DNA of 64,000 bases from NCBI GenBank assembly GCA_963815115.1, contig CAWFFN010000005.1:640001-704000 (forward strand), in the 5' to 3' direction. This document shows, one piece after another, positions 16,879 through 26,057 of this stretch. The DNA comes from an uncultured delta proteobacterium (GTDB lineage Bacteria > Desulfobacterota > Binatia > DP-6). A model generated the notes under the pieces. The model had not been told where the DNA came from. It worked only from the letters and a program-made list of their open reading frames with translations, and did no database searches. The position numbers and the translations under genes are program-made. How positions within the stretch are numbered: the stretch's first letter is position 1; every line of letters starts with the position of its first letter.

Positions 16879-17880
16879 TCAGCGTACGACCCAGGTCTCG
16901 CCGCGCCGCAGCAGGCTGCCGAGATCGGCGGGCGAGCGCTCCCTGGCCGCCGCGATCTGCGCGTTGGCGGCGTCCTCGTAAGTCGGGCGCGCGACGGCGC
17001 GCAGGACGCCGACGGGGGTGGGAAACTCCGGCGGCCCGAGACGGGACAGCAGCGCGGCCATCGTCGAATCTCGCTCGTCGTGAACCACCAGGTCGGCCTC
17101 CGTGATACCGCCGCCGAGCTCGACCACCTCGGGGAGCAGGCCCCGCAACCGGATGCCCCGGTTGCGGTCCCGGCCGAAGATCAGCGGCCGGCCATGCTCG
17201 AGGACGAGCGTGCGGTCGGCCTTGCGGGCCTTGTCCGTGAGATCCTCGAAGGCGCCGTCGTTGAAGACGTTGCAGTTCTGGAGGACCTCGACGAAGGAGG
17301 CGCCCCGGTGCGCGTGTGCGCGCCGCAGGACCTCCGTCAGATGCTTGGCCTCGACGTCCACGCTGCGGGCGACGAACGATGCCCCCGCCCCCAGGACCAG
17401 CGCCAGCGGATCGAAGGGCTGATCGACGGAGCCGAACGGGGTCGATTTCGTCGTCTTCCCCACCTCCGAGGTGGGCGAGTACTGGCCCTTGGTCAGGCCG
17501 TAGATGCGGTTGTTGAACACCAGGATGCAGAGGTCGAGGTTGCGGCGAAGGGCGTGAATCAGATGGTTGCCGCCAATCGAGAGTGCATCGCCGTCGCCCG
17601 TCACGACCCACACCGAGAGCTCCGGCCTCGATATCTTGAGCCCGGTCGCGAGGGCCGGGGCTCGGCCATGGATGGAATGGAAGCCGTAGGTGTTGACGTA
17701 GTACGGGAAGCGGCTCGAGCAGCCGATCCCGGAGACGAAGACGAAGTTCTCCCGCGGTACGCCGAGCTCGGGCAGGAGCTTCTGCACCTGGGCGAGGATG
17801 GCGTAGTCACCGCAGCCCGGGCACCAGCGCACGTCCTGGTCGGAGATGAAATCCTTCCGGCTGAGCGGCGCGCTGCTCAC
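16879..17880 (-). CDS. korB: 2-oxoacid:ferredoxin oxidoreductase beta subunit
   Basis: WCPGCGD, SGIGCSSR, TPP-binding GDGDALSIGGNH...NN and YGLTKGQYSPT motifs. Confidence 0.95.
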   Translation of the reverse strand: MSSAPLSRKDFISDQDVRWCPGCGDYAILAQVQKLLPELGVPRENFVFVSGIGCSSRFPYYVNTYGFHSIHGRAPALATGLKISRPELSVWVVTGDGDALSIGGNHLIHALRRNLDLCILVFNNRIYGLTKGQYSPTSEVGKTTKSTPFGSVDQPFDPLALVLGAGASFVARSVDVEAKHLTEVLRRAHAHRGASFVEVLQNCNVFNDGAFEDLTDKARKADRTLVLEHGRPLIFGRDRNRGIRLRGLLPEVVELGGGITEADLVVHDERDSTMAALLSRLGPPEFPTPVGVLRAVARPTYEDAANAQIAAARERSPADLGSLLRRGETWVVR

Positions 17881-19757
17881 GACAGCACCTCCTGCTCGTC
17901 GTCGCCCGCGAGCAGTCGCAGGCTCCTGGCGGTGAGCTCACTCACCTTGAACGGACGTCCCTGTATCTTCTGATAGCCCACCGCCGGCGTCAGATACTCG
18001 GCCCTGAGTACCCGCACGAGCTGACCCAGGTTGATCTCCGGAACCAGGACGTGCCGCGACCGCGCGAGTCGGTCGCCGAGATCGGCTGGCAGGGGATTCA
18101 GATGGCGCAGGTGGAGATGCGCCGCCCGATGGCCGGCTGCCTGGAGATCGGTCACCGTCTGGCGGATCGCACCGAAGGTGCTTCCCCAGCCGACGACCAG
18201 CAGGTCCGGGTCGGCCGCACCGAACACCTCGGTGGGCGGGATCTCGCGGGTGATGCCGGCGATCTTGCGCGCGCGCAGCCGCACCATCTGCTCGTGGTTG
18301 AGCGGCGCATAGCTGACGTTCCCGGTGACGGCCTCCTTCGCCAGGCCTCCGATGCGGTGCTCGAGGCCGGCGGTGCCGGGCCGTACCCACGGCCTCGACA
18401 GCGTCTCCTGGTCGCGCAGGTAGGGGAAGAACCCCTGCGGGTCGGTGCGGAAGCTGACCGGGATGTCGGGCAGACCGCTCGGGTCGGGGATGAGCCACGG
18501 CTCGGCCCCGTTGGCGAGGTAGCCGTCGCTCAGCACGATCACCGGCGTCATGTACTTGATCGCCAGCCGCACCGCCTCGAAGGCGACGGCGAAGCAGTCT
18601 GCCGGCGTGCAGGGAGCGAGGATGGGGACCGGCGCCTCGCCGTGCCGCCCGTAGAGCGCCATCAGCAGATCGGCCTGTTCGGTCTTGGTCGGCATGCCGG
18701 TCGATGGTCCGGCGCGCTGGATGTCGACGACGATCAGCGGCAGCTCGACGGCGAGCGCGAGTCCGATGGTCTCGGCCTTGAGGTCCATGCCGGGGCCGCT
18801 CGTCGTGGTGATGCCGATCGCGCCGCCGAACGACGCGCCCAGCGCGGCGCCGACGCCGGCGATCTCGTCCTCGGCCTGGAAGGTGTAGACGTTGAACTGC
18901 TTGAGCGCGGCCAGCTCGTGGAGCACGTCGCTGGCCGGGGTGATCGGGTAGCTGCCGAGGAAGAGCGGCAGCTTCGCCTTGTGGCCGGCAGCCACGAGTC
19001 CGAGGGCGGTCGCGGTGTTCCCGGTGACGTTGCGGTACATGCCGGGAGGGATGGCGGCCGGGCGAACCTCGTACGATACGGCGAGCATCTCGGTGGTCTC
19101 GGCGTAGTTCCATCCGGCGCGCAGCGCGCGCCGGTTCGCCTCGACCAGCTTGGGGTTCTTCTTGAACTTGTCCTCGACCCAGGCCTCGGTCGGCTCGATC
19201 GGGCGGTGATAGAGCCAGGAGGTGAGACCGAGACAGAAGAAGTTGCGGCAGCGGAACTCCTCGCGAGCCGAGAGCCCGAGGCCCTTCAACGAACCGGTCG
19301 TGAGCTTCGTGATGTCGACCGGAAAGAGCTGCCAGCGCGCCAGCGAGTCGTCGTCGAGCGGATTGCGCTCGTAGCCGGCCTTGCGCAGGTTGGCGTCGCT
19401 GAAGGCTTCGCGGTCGACGATGAGAACGCCGCCGGGCCGCAGGTCGTCGAGATTCATCTTCAACGCCGCGGGATTCATGGCGACGAGGATGTCGACGTCA
19501 TCGCCCGGCGTGAAGATGCGCTCGGCCGCGAAGTGGAGCTGGAAGGCGCTCACGCCGGCCAGGGTGCCGGCGGGCGCGCGAATCTCGGCGGGGAAGTCGG
19601 GCAGGGTGGCGAGATCGTTTCCAGCCAGTGCCGACTCGGTGGTGAACTGCAGGCCCGTCACCTGCATGCCGTCACCGGAGTCTCCGGCGAAGCGAATGAC
19701 GACGCCCTCGCGGGTTTCCAGGCGCTTCGCCGGGCTCGACGAGCCTTCGGACATCAC
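17877..19757 (-). CDS. korA: 2-oxoacid:acceptor oxidoreductase alpha subunit (gamma-alpha fusion)
   Basis: FAGDSGDGMQ, YPITPAS, QAEDEIA, TSGPG and QRAGPSTGMPTKTEQ motifs. Confidence 0.95.
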   Translation of the reverse strand: MMSEGSSSPAKRLETREGVVIRFAGDSGDGMQVTGLQFTTESALAGNDLATLPDFPAEIRAPAGTLAGVSAFQLHFAAERIFTPGDDVDILVAMNPAALKMNLDDLRPGGVLIVDREAFSDANLRKAGYERNPLDDDSLARWQLFPVDITKLTTGSLKGLGLSAREEFRCRNFFCLGLTSWLYHRPIEPTEAWVEDKFKKNPKLVEANRRALRAGWNYAETTEMLAVSYEVRPAAIPPGMYRNVTGNTATALGLVAAGHKAKLPLFLGSYPITPASDVLHELAALKQFNVYTFQAEDEIAGVGAALGASFGGAIGITTTSGPGMDLKAETIGLALAVELPLIVVDIQRAGPSTGMPTKTEQADLLMALYGRHGEAPVPILAPCTPADCFAVAFEAVRLAIKYMTPVIVLSDGYLANGAEPWLIPDPSGLPDIPVSFRTDPQGFFPYLRDQETLSRPWVRPGTAGLEHRIGGLAKEAVTGNVSYAPLNHEQMVRLRARKIAGITREIPPTEVFGAADPDLLVVGWGSTFGAIRQTVTDLQAAGHRAAHLHLRHLNPLPADLGDRLARSRHVLVPEINLGQLVRVLRAEYLTPAVGYQKIQGRPFKVSELTARSLRLLAGDDEQEVLS

Positions 19758-19825
19758 CCGTTACCTCCTGCGACCTGTGTACCGCCCGACCGCTCCGCGT
19801 GCAACGCGAGGCCGCGGGCACGCGC

Positions 19826-20431
19826 TCAGAAGTCGAGCTTCGGCTCGCGACCGAGCAGGCGGCAGTGCAGATAGGCGAGAGCCGAGTCCTCGACGATCTC
19901 GGCGCGGTTGTATGCTTCGAGCAGCGACGGGCCGGTGGCGGCGAGGCCGTGGTTCGCGAGCAGCACGATGCGCGTGTCCGGCTTGCGACGGTACACGTCG
20001 ACGACCAGATCGCGCAGGCGCTCGGAACCGGCGTCGGCGTAGGGGACGATCTGGATCTCCTTCAGATGGGCGCGGGCCTGTCCGGTCATGTGGGGCGGCG
20101 TGATGCCGCAGATGCCGAAGGCCATGGTCGCGGTCGAGTGCGTGTGCACGACGCCGTGGACCTCGGGACAGGTGGCGAACACGCCGGCGTGCCAGCGGTA
20201 CTCCTTCGAGGGTTTGAAGTCGAAGCCGCCCACCTGGTTGCCGGCCAGGTCCATCTCGACCACGTTCTCGACCGCGGTGTCGCCGAACGTCACGCCGGTG
20301 GCGGTGCACAGGTAGCGGTCGCTGTCGGGCACGCGCACGCTGATGTTCCCGCCCGAGCCGGAGGTGAGCCAGCGATCGCTGGCCCGATGGCAGATGTCGA
20401 CCAAGTACTTCTTGAGATCGAGGATGCTCAT
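19826..20431 (-). CDS. Class II aldolase/adducin family protein
   Basis: GGNISVR, KPSKEYRWH, VVHTHS and LLANHG motifs. Confidence 0.92.
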   Translation of the reverse strand: MSILDLKKYLVDICHRASDRWLTSGSGGNISVRVPDSDRYLCTATGVTFGDTAVENVVEMDLAGNQVGGFDFKPSKEYRWHAGVFATCPEVHGVVHTHSTATMAFGICGITPPHMTGQARAHLKEIQIVPYADAGSERLRDLVVDVYRRKPDTRIVLLANHGLAATGPSLLEAYNRAEIVEDSALAYLHCRLLGREPKLDF

Positions 20432-20595
20432 GCGGGGTCGAGTATCCGAGATCGCGTGCCGGTTCTCAACCACGCATGATGGGAGGGCGGGGCGGTCCAT
20501 TCTTCTGCGGTGGCGAAGACTGCCCGGGATGAAAAGCGGGTCGCATTTTGGTGCCGGTTCGGCGAAGATAGTAGCCCTGACGCCATTCCATTCGG

Positions 20596-20631
20596 GACAG
20601 ATCTTGACAGATCAAATGCAGTCGGAATAGT
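20596..20631 (+). promoter_or_regulatory. Probable sigma70 promoter (perfect TTGACA -35) overlapped by a GACAGATC direct repeat
   Basis: TTGACA at 20604-20609, AATAGT at 20626-20631, and GACAGATC at 20596 and 20606 (10-bp period), in an AT-richer intergenic gap. Confidence 0.5.
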
Positions 20632-20707
20632 TCGCGCTCGGGACACGGTGTGTGCGAGGGGGGCCCGCCCTTCCGCGTCTCGGTTCTCCGCAGAGTCGTC
20701 CACCGTC

Positions 20708-21760
<1,053 letters not shown>

Positions 21761-21980
21761 CGACGCCCCCGGCGCCGCCGGGGCGCACCGCGCAGGTGCG
21801 CTCGTGCGCGCCGGTGCCTCCCGACCCCCGCGCCGTTGCTCGCACCGAACCGAAGCGCACCGCCCACGTGCGCTTTCGGCATGCCCTGCGGCGGCCCGGA
21901 GCGCACCTGGCAGGTTCCATTCTAGCTTGCGTCTCGCCGGGCGATCCACCATGCGTGCGGTTTCTCGAAGAATCGCGCCG

Positions 21981-21996
21981 CGGCACGCGAGTTGCT
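21981..21996 (+). promoter_or_regulatory. Sigma54 (-24/-12) promoter
   Basis: CGGCACGCGAGTTGCT compared with consensus TGGCACG-N4-TTGCW, with exact GG-N10-GC spacing. It lies between the activator gene and the operon. Confidence 0.8.
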
Positions 21997-22041
21997 CGGT
22001 GCGGTGTCCAGAAGTCTCCGGTGGATCCGGGAGAAGCCACC

Positions 22042-22278
22042 GTGAAGTGTCCATGCCTCTACAGCGATGCGGCACCGATCTGTCGAGCCGAAGGTGATGC
22101 CATGCGGATTCCGTCCGCCGAGCAACTCGCGAGCCACTGCCTGACGCCGCACTACCGCCGGTGCGAGGTGTTCCGGCGGTTCCTGATCGCGCTCGCCGAG
22201 CGGCCGGAGCGCTGGCGCTCGGCGGGCGGCGAATACGGCACCGATGTGCAACGACAGCGACGATCGAGAGGAGAATGA
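22042..22278 (+). CDS. Small Cys-rich (probable metal-binding) protein, 78 aa
   Basis: GTG start with a GGAGA RBS. Sequence MKCPCLYSDAAPICRA...PS...HCLTPHYRRCEVF. The stop overlaps the next ATG (ATGA). Confidence 0.65.
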   Translation: MKCPCLYSDAAPICRAEGDAMRIPSAEQLASHCLTPHYRRCEVFRRFLIALAERPERWRSAGGEYGTDVQRQRRSRGE

Positions 22279-22568
22279 CCATGAACGGTTCGACGATCCG
22301 ATCACGAGTCCTGTGCTTGACGCTGGCGTGCCTGATGTCGGCGGGGCTCGTCCTCGCGTCCAGCGCGCGGGCGGACAGCGGTGGCGACCCGAGCAAGATC
22401 ACCTGCCCGGATGAACAGGTCACGATGGTGGAGAGCAAGACCTGTCCGCCGACGAACCAGCGTCCGGCCGTCGTGGTCCAGCGCGCCTGCTGCACCAAGA
22501 CCAGCCAGAAGGGTACCAAGACGCGCTGCAAGTCCTTCCCGCACTGCCCGCGCAACTCGCCGTCCTGA
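22275..22568 (+). CDS. Small secreted protein with six Cys in the mature part
   Basis: GAGGAG RBS, signal peptide ending ARA-D, and mature Cys pattern C-C-CC-C-C. Confidence 0.75.
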   Translation: MTMNGSTIRSRVLCLTLACLMSAGLVLASSARADSGGDPSKITCPDEQVTMVESKTCPPTNQRPAVVVQRACCTKTSQKGTKTRCKSFPHCPRNSPS

Positions 22569-22584
22569 GCCAGCGACTTCGGCC

Positions 22585-23709
22585 ATGACCTCGAAACTCA
22601 GCTCGCCCCGCGCGTGCGCGTGGGGGTCTACCCTCGCGCTGGCGGCGGTGCTCGTCGCGGGATGCAGCGCGACCAGCGTGCGCACGGACCTCGATCTCGG
22701 TCGGCCGCACGACGCCGCCGGGAGCATCGGGGACCTGATGAGCACACAGGATCACCAGGCCCTGGGAAGCCTTGCCGCGGTGCGCGCCCGGGAGGGCCGT
22801 GACGGCTATCGCATCGGCGCGGACGACCTGCTCGACATTCGCATCCCGAAGCTACTGAACGCCCAGGCCGACCCGACCCGGGCGGCCAACAGCGGCGCGG
22901 CGATCCCGACGGTCGCCGAGGCGCCCGTGTTCCAGCAGGGCGTGCGCGTGGCAGCCGATGGCGAGGTGACGCTCCCGCTGATCGGCAGCGTGCACGCGGC
23001 GGGACGGACCCCGAGCGAGCTGGAGGCCGAGATCGCCCGGCGGCTGGTCGCGGCGGGCATCCTCTTGCGCCCGAACGTCAGCGTGCAGATCGCCGAGCAC
23101 CGCAGCAGCGTCGTGGCCGTGGTGGGCAGCGTGGAACGGCCTGGCCTCTATCCCCTCACCCGTCCGGGCGCGACCATCGCCGACTTCATCTGGGCGGCGG
23201 GCGGCCCGAACAAGGATGCCGGACGGCTCGTCGAGTTCACGCCGGCGAGCGGGCGGGACGCCCATGGCGCGCCGATTCGCATCGACCTCGACGTGCTGAC
23301 GAAGGATCGCACCGCCGCGCCGAGCGCACTCAACCCCGTCGCGCTCGCCGGCGACGTCCTCACCGTCGCCCCGGCCGGCAGCGTGCAGATCGACGGCTGG
23401 GTCGACAAGCCCGGCTCGTACCCGGTGACGCGCGGGCTCACCCTGACCGGCGCGGTGGCAGCCGCCGGCGGCCAGCTCTTCCCGGCCGACCGCCAGCACG
23501 TCACGGTGAAGCGGGTGCTCGCGGCGGGCGACCAGCAGTACTTCACCGTCGACCTCGACGCCGTGGCGTCGGGTCGCGAGCCCGACTTCCCCATCACCGA
23601 CGGCGACGTGGTGCACCTGCCGGTGTCGCCACAGCGCGCCGTGCCGTGGGGGGTCTACGAGGCAACCAAGGAAATGATCCACGTCGGCGCCAGCATCCCG
23701 ATCTTCTGA
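22585..23709 (+). CDS. wza: Polysaccharide export lipoprotein (Wza-like, Poly_export plus SLBB domains)
   Basis: Lipobox LVAGC, YRIGADDLLDI, DGEVTLPLIGSVHAAGRT and two SLBB repeats. Confidence 0.9.
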   Translation: MTSKLSSPRACAWGSTLALAAVLVAGCSATSVRTDLDLGRPHDAAGSIGDLMSTQDHQALGSLAAVRAREGRDGYRIGADDLLDIRIPKLLNAQADPTRAANSGAAIPTVAEAPVFQQGVRVAADGEVTLPLIGSVHAAGRTPSELEAEIARRLVAAGILLRPNVSVQIAEHRSSVVAVVGSVERPGLYPLTRPGATIADFIWAAGGPNKDAGRLVEFTPASGRDAHGAPIRIDLDVLTKDRTAAPSALNPVALAGDVLTVAPAGSVQIDGWVDKPGSYPVTRGLTLTGAVAAAGGQLFPADRQHVTVKRVLAAGDQQYFTVDLDAVASGREPDFPITDGDVVHLPVSPQRAVPWGVYEATKEMIHVGASIPIF

Positions 23710-23711
23710 CC

Positions 23712-26057
23712 ATGAGCCCGCACGTTCCCTCGACCGACGTCGCCCCGACCCTCGCGGGCGTGCCCGCCGCGGCGGCTCCTGCCGGCTACCCCGGCTATAT
23801 CGAGGCTGAGGTGGTCGACGTTCGCGGCCGCCACCTGCGGGAGTACCTCTGGATCCTCTACAAGTATCGCTGGCTCGCGGCGACCTGCTTCGGCGCCGTC
23901 TTCGGCCTGACCTGCCTCGGCACGCTGCTCTCGTCACGCATGTATACCGCCACCACCCAGGTGCAGGTCTCGCGGGACTCACCCATCCAGCTCCAGCTCG
24001 ACCAGAACGTGCTGCGCAATGACGACAGCGACCGGACGGTGAACGGCAGCTCCAGCTTCCTCGCCACGCAGGTACAGGCCCTCAAGAGCCGCGACCTCGC
24101 CGAGCGCGTCATCCGGCAGCATCGGCTGGCCACGAGCGACGCGTTCATGCGTCCCAGCGCCGGCCGGCAGGGACTGGGGGGCGTCGGGGGCGGACTGCTC
24201 GCCCTCCTCCGGCCGCGTGGCTTCAGCGAGCCCGGCGCCGCGGCGCAGGCCGACGATACCTCCAGCACGGCCGACGTGCCGCCCGAGCTGCTCGACCGAT
24301 ACACGCGATGGCTGACGGTGAACGACGTCCGCGGCACCGACCTGGTCGAGGTGAGCTTCAGCACCCCGAGCCCCTCGCTGTCGGCGTTCCTGGCTGCGGC
24401 TCACACCCAGGCCTACCTCGACACCAACGACGAGGCGCGGCGCGCCACCGACGTCACCGCGAAGGATTTCCTCGGCCAGCAGATGCGCGAGGCGCGCGAG
24501 CGCGTCGAGCGGGCGCAGGAGTCGCTCCGGCGCTTCGCGGCGGAGCATCCCGACATCGCCGTGAGCGAGGAGGACAAGACCCAGTCGCAGCGGATGCAGG
24601 ACGTGTCCGGACTGCTCACCAAGGCGGAGACGGACCGCATCAGGCTCGAGACCCGCTTCAAGTTCCTCTCCGGGGGCGATCGCGACGCCCTGGCGTACTT
24701 CCTCGACAAGCCCGACGTGCAGAAGCTGTATCTCGAGCTGATGGACCTGCAGGCCCAGCAGGCGGCCATGAGCAACGACCTGGGACCGAAGCATCCCGAC
24801 ATGGCCGCACTGCTGCGGCAGAAGGCGATCGTGGAGGAGCAGCTGGACGCCGCCGTGGCGAAGCAGACGCGCGGGGTGCGCGAGCACCTCGCCGCGTCGA
24901 TGCAGCGCGAGTCCGCGCTCAGGCAGAAGCTCACGGATCTCGAGACCCAGGGAGTCGCCGTGCGCGACCTGGGCGCGCGCTACGAGTTCCTGAAGAACGA
25001 CGTGGACACCGCCCGTCAGCTCCATGCCTCGCTGCTCAAGCAGCAGCTCGAGACCCAGGTGAACTCGCAGCTCGCGCCGTCGAACGTGCGCGTGCTCGAG
25101 CGTGCCGAGGTGCCGACGCGGCCGAGCAAGCCGAACGTGCCGCTCAACCTGGCGCTCGGCCTGCTCGGCGGCGTCGTGGTGGCGGTCGGCGCGGCTTTCG
25201 CCTCGGAGTACTTCGACAGCAGCGTGAAGAGCACGGAGGAGGCGGAGGAGCTGCTCCACCTCCCCATCCTGGCGACCATCCCGAACTTCGCGCTCGCGCA
25301 ACGCTCCGCCTACGGACACGCGCTCACCAACGGCACGCGGGCGGGGCCGACGGGGAGCGAGCGCCTGGTGGTGACGCACGAGCCGCGCTCGGTGGTGGCG
25401 GAGGCGTTCCGGACACTCCGCACGGCGGTGCTGTTCTCCACCCCGAACGCCGCGCCGAAGCTCATCCTGGTGACCAGCGCGACCGCCAGCGAGGGCAAGA
25501 CGGTCAACTGCCTGAACCTCGCCGCGACGCTCGCCGAGTCGGGCTCGCGCGTCCTCCTGGTCGACGTCGACCTGCGCCATCCGAGCTGCCACCGTGCGTT
25601 CGGGCTCGAGAACACCACCGGCCTGTCGAACTTCCTCGCCGGCCACATCGGACTGGACGAGCTCGTCCATCGCCTGGAGGAGCCGCGGCTGTGGTTCATC
25701 CCCGCCGGCCCGACGCCGCCGAACCCCGCCGAGCTCGTGGGCTCGACCCGGATGCAGGAGGTCGTCGAGCTGGCGCGCGACGAGTTCGACTTCGTCATCC
25801 TCGACTCGCCGCCGGTGACGCCGGTGAGCGATGCGCTCGTGCTGGCGCGCTCGAGCGACGGCGTGGTGCTGGTGGTGAAGGGCCAGGACACGCCGAAGGA
25901 CGTGGTGCGGCGCGCCCGTGACCAGCTGTCGCTCACCGGCGCTCACCTCCTCGGCACGGTGATGAACAACGTCGGCCTCGCGTGGGGCGATTTCCGCTTC
26001 TACCAGCGCTACTACGGCTACTATCACCGGCCGCAGCTCCAGGAGGAGCCGGTATGA
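23712..26057 (+). CDS. wzc: Polysaccharide co-polymerase / tyrosine autokinase
   Basis: Two TM segments, coiled coil, Walker A ATASEGKT, DVDLRHP, VILDSPP and a C-terminal YQRYYGYY cluster. Confidence 0.95.
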   Translation: MSPHVPSTDVAPTLAGVPAAAAPAGYPGYIEAEVVDVRGRHLREYLWILYKYRWLAATCFGAVFGLTCLGTLLSSRMYTATTQVQVSRDSPIQLQLDQNVLRNDDSDRTVNGSSSFLATQVQALKSRDLAERVIRQHRLATSDAFMRPSAGRQGLGGVGGGLLALLRPRGFSEPGAAAQADDTSSTADVPPELLDRYTRWLTVNDVRGTDLVEVSFSTPSPSLSAFLAAAHTQAYLDTNDEARRATDVTAKDFLGQQMREARERVERAQESLRRFAAEHPDIAVSEEDKTQSQRMQDVSGLLTKAETDRIRLETRFKFLSGGDRDALAYFLDKPDVQKLYLELMDLQAQQAAMSNDLGPKHPDMAALLRQKAIVEEQLDAAVAKQTRGVREHLAASMQRESALRQKLTDLETQGVAVRDLGARYEFLKNDVDTARQLHASLLKQQLETQVNSQLAPSNVRVLERAEVPTRPSKPNVPLNLALGLLGGVVVAVGAAFASEYFDSSVKSTEEAEELLHLPILATIPNFALAQRSAYGHALTNGTRAGPTGSERLVVTHEPRSVVAEAFRTLRTAVLFSTPNAAPKLILVTSATASEGKTVNCLNLAATLAESGSRVLLVDVDLRHPSCHRAFGLENTTGLSNFLAGHIGLDELVHRLEEPRLWFIPAGPTPPNPAELVGSTRMQEVVELARDEFDFVILDSPPVTPVSDALVLARSSDGVVLVVKGQDTPKDVVRRARDQLSLTGAHLLGTVMNNVGLAWGDFRFYQRYYGYYHRPQLQEEPV

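Noticed and set aside
16879-19757. KorAB and SucA (two routes of 2-oxoglutarate oxidation) in one window
   Set aside because: They are 42 kb apart and commonly co-exist, with no evidence of linkage.
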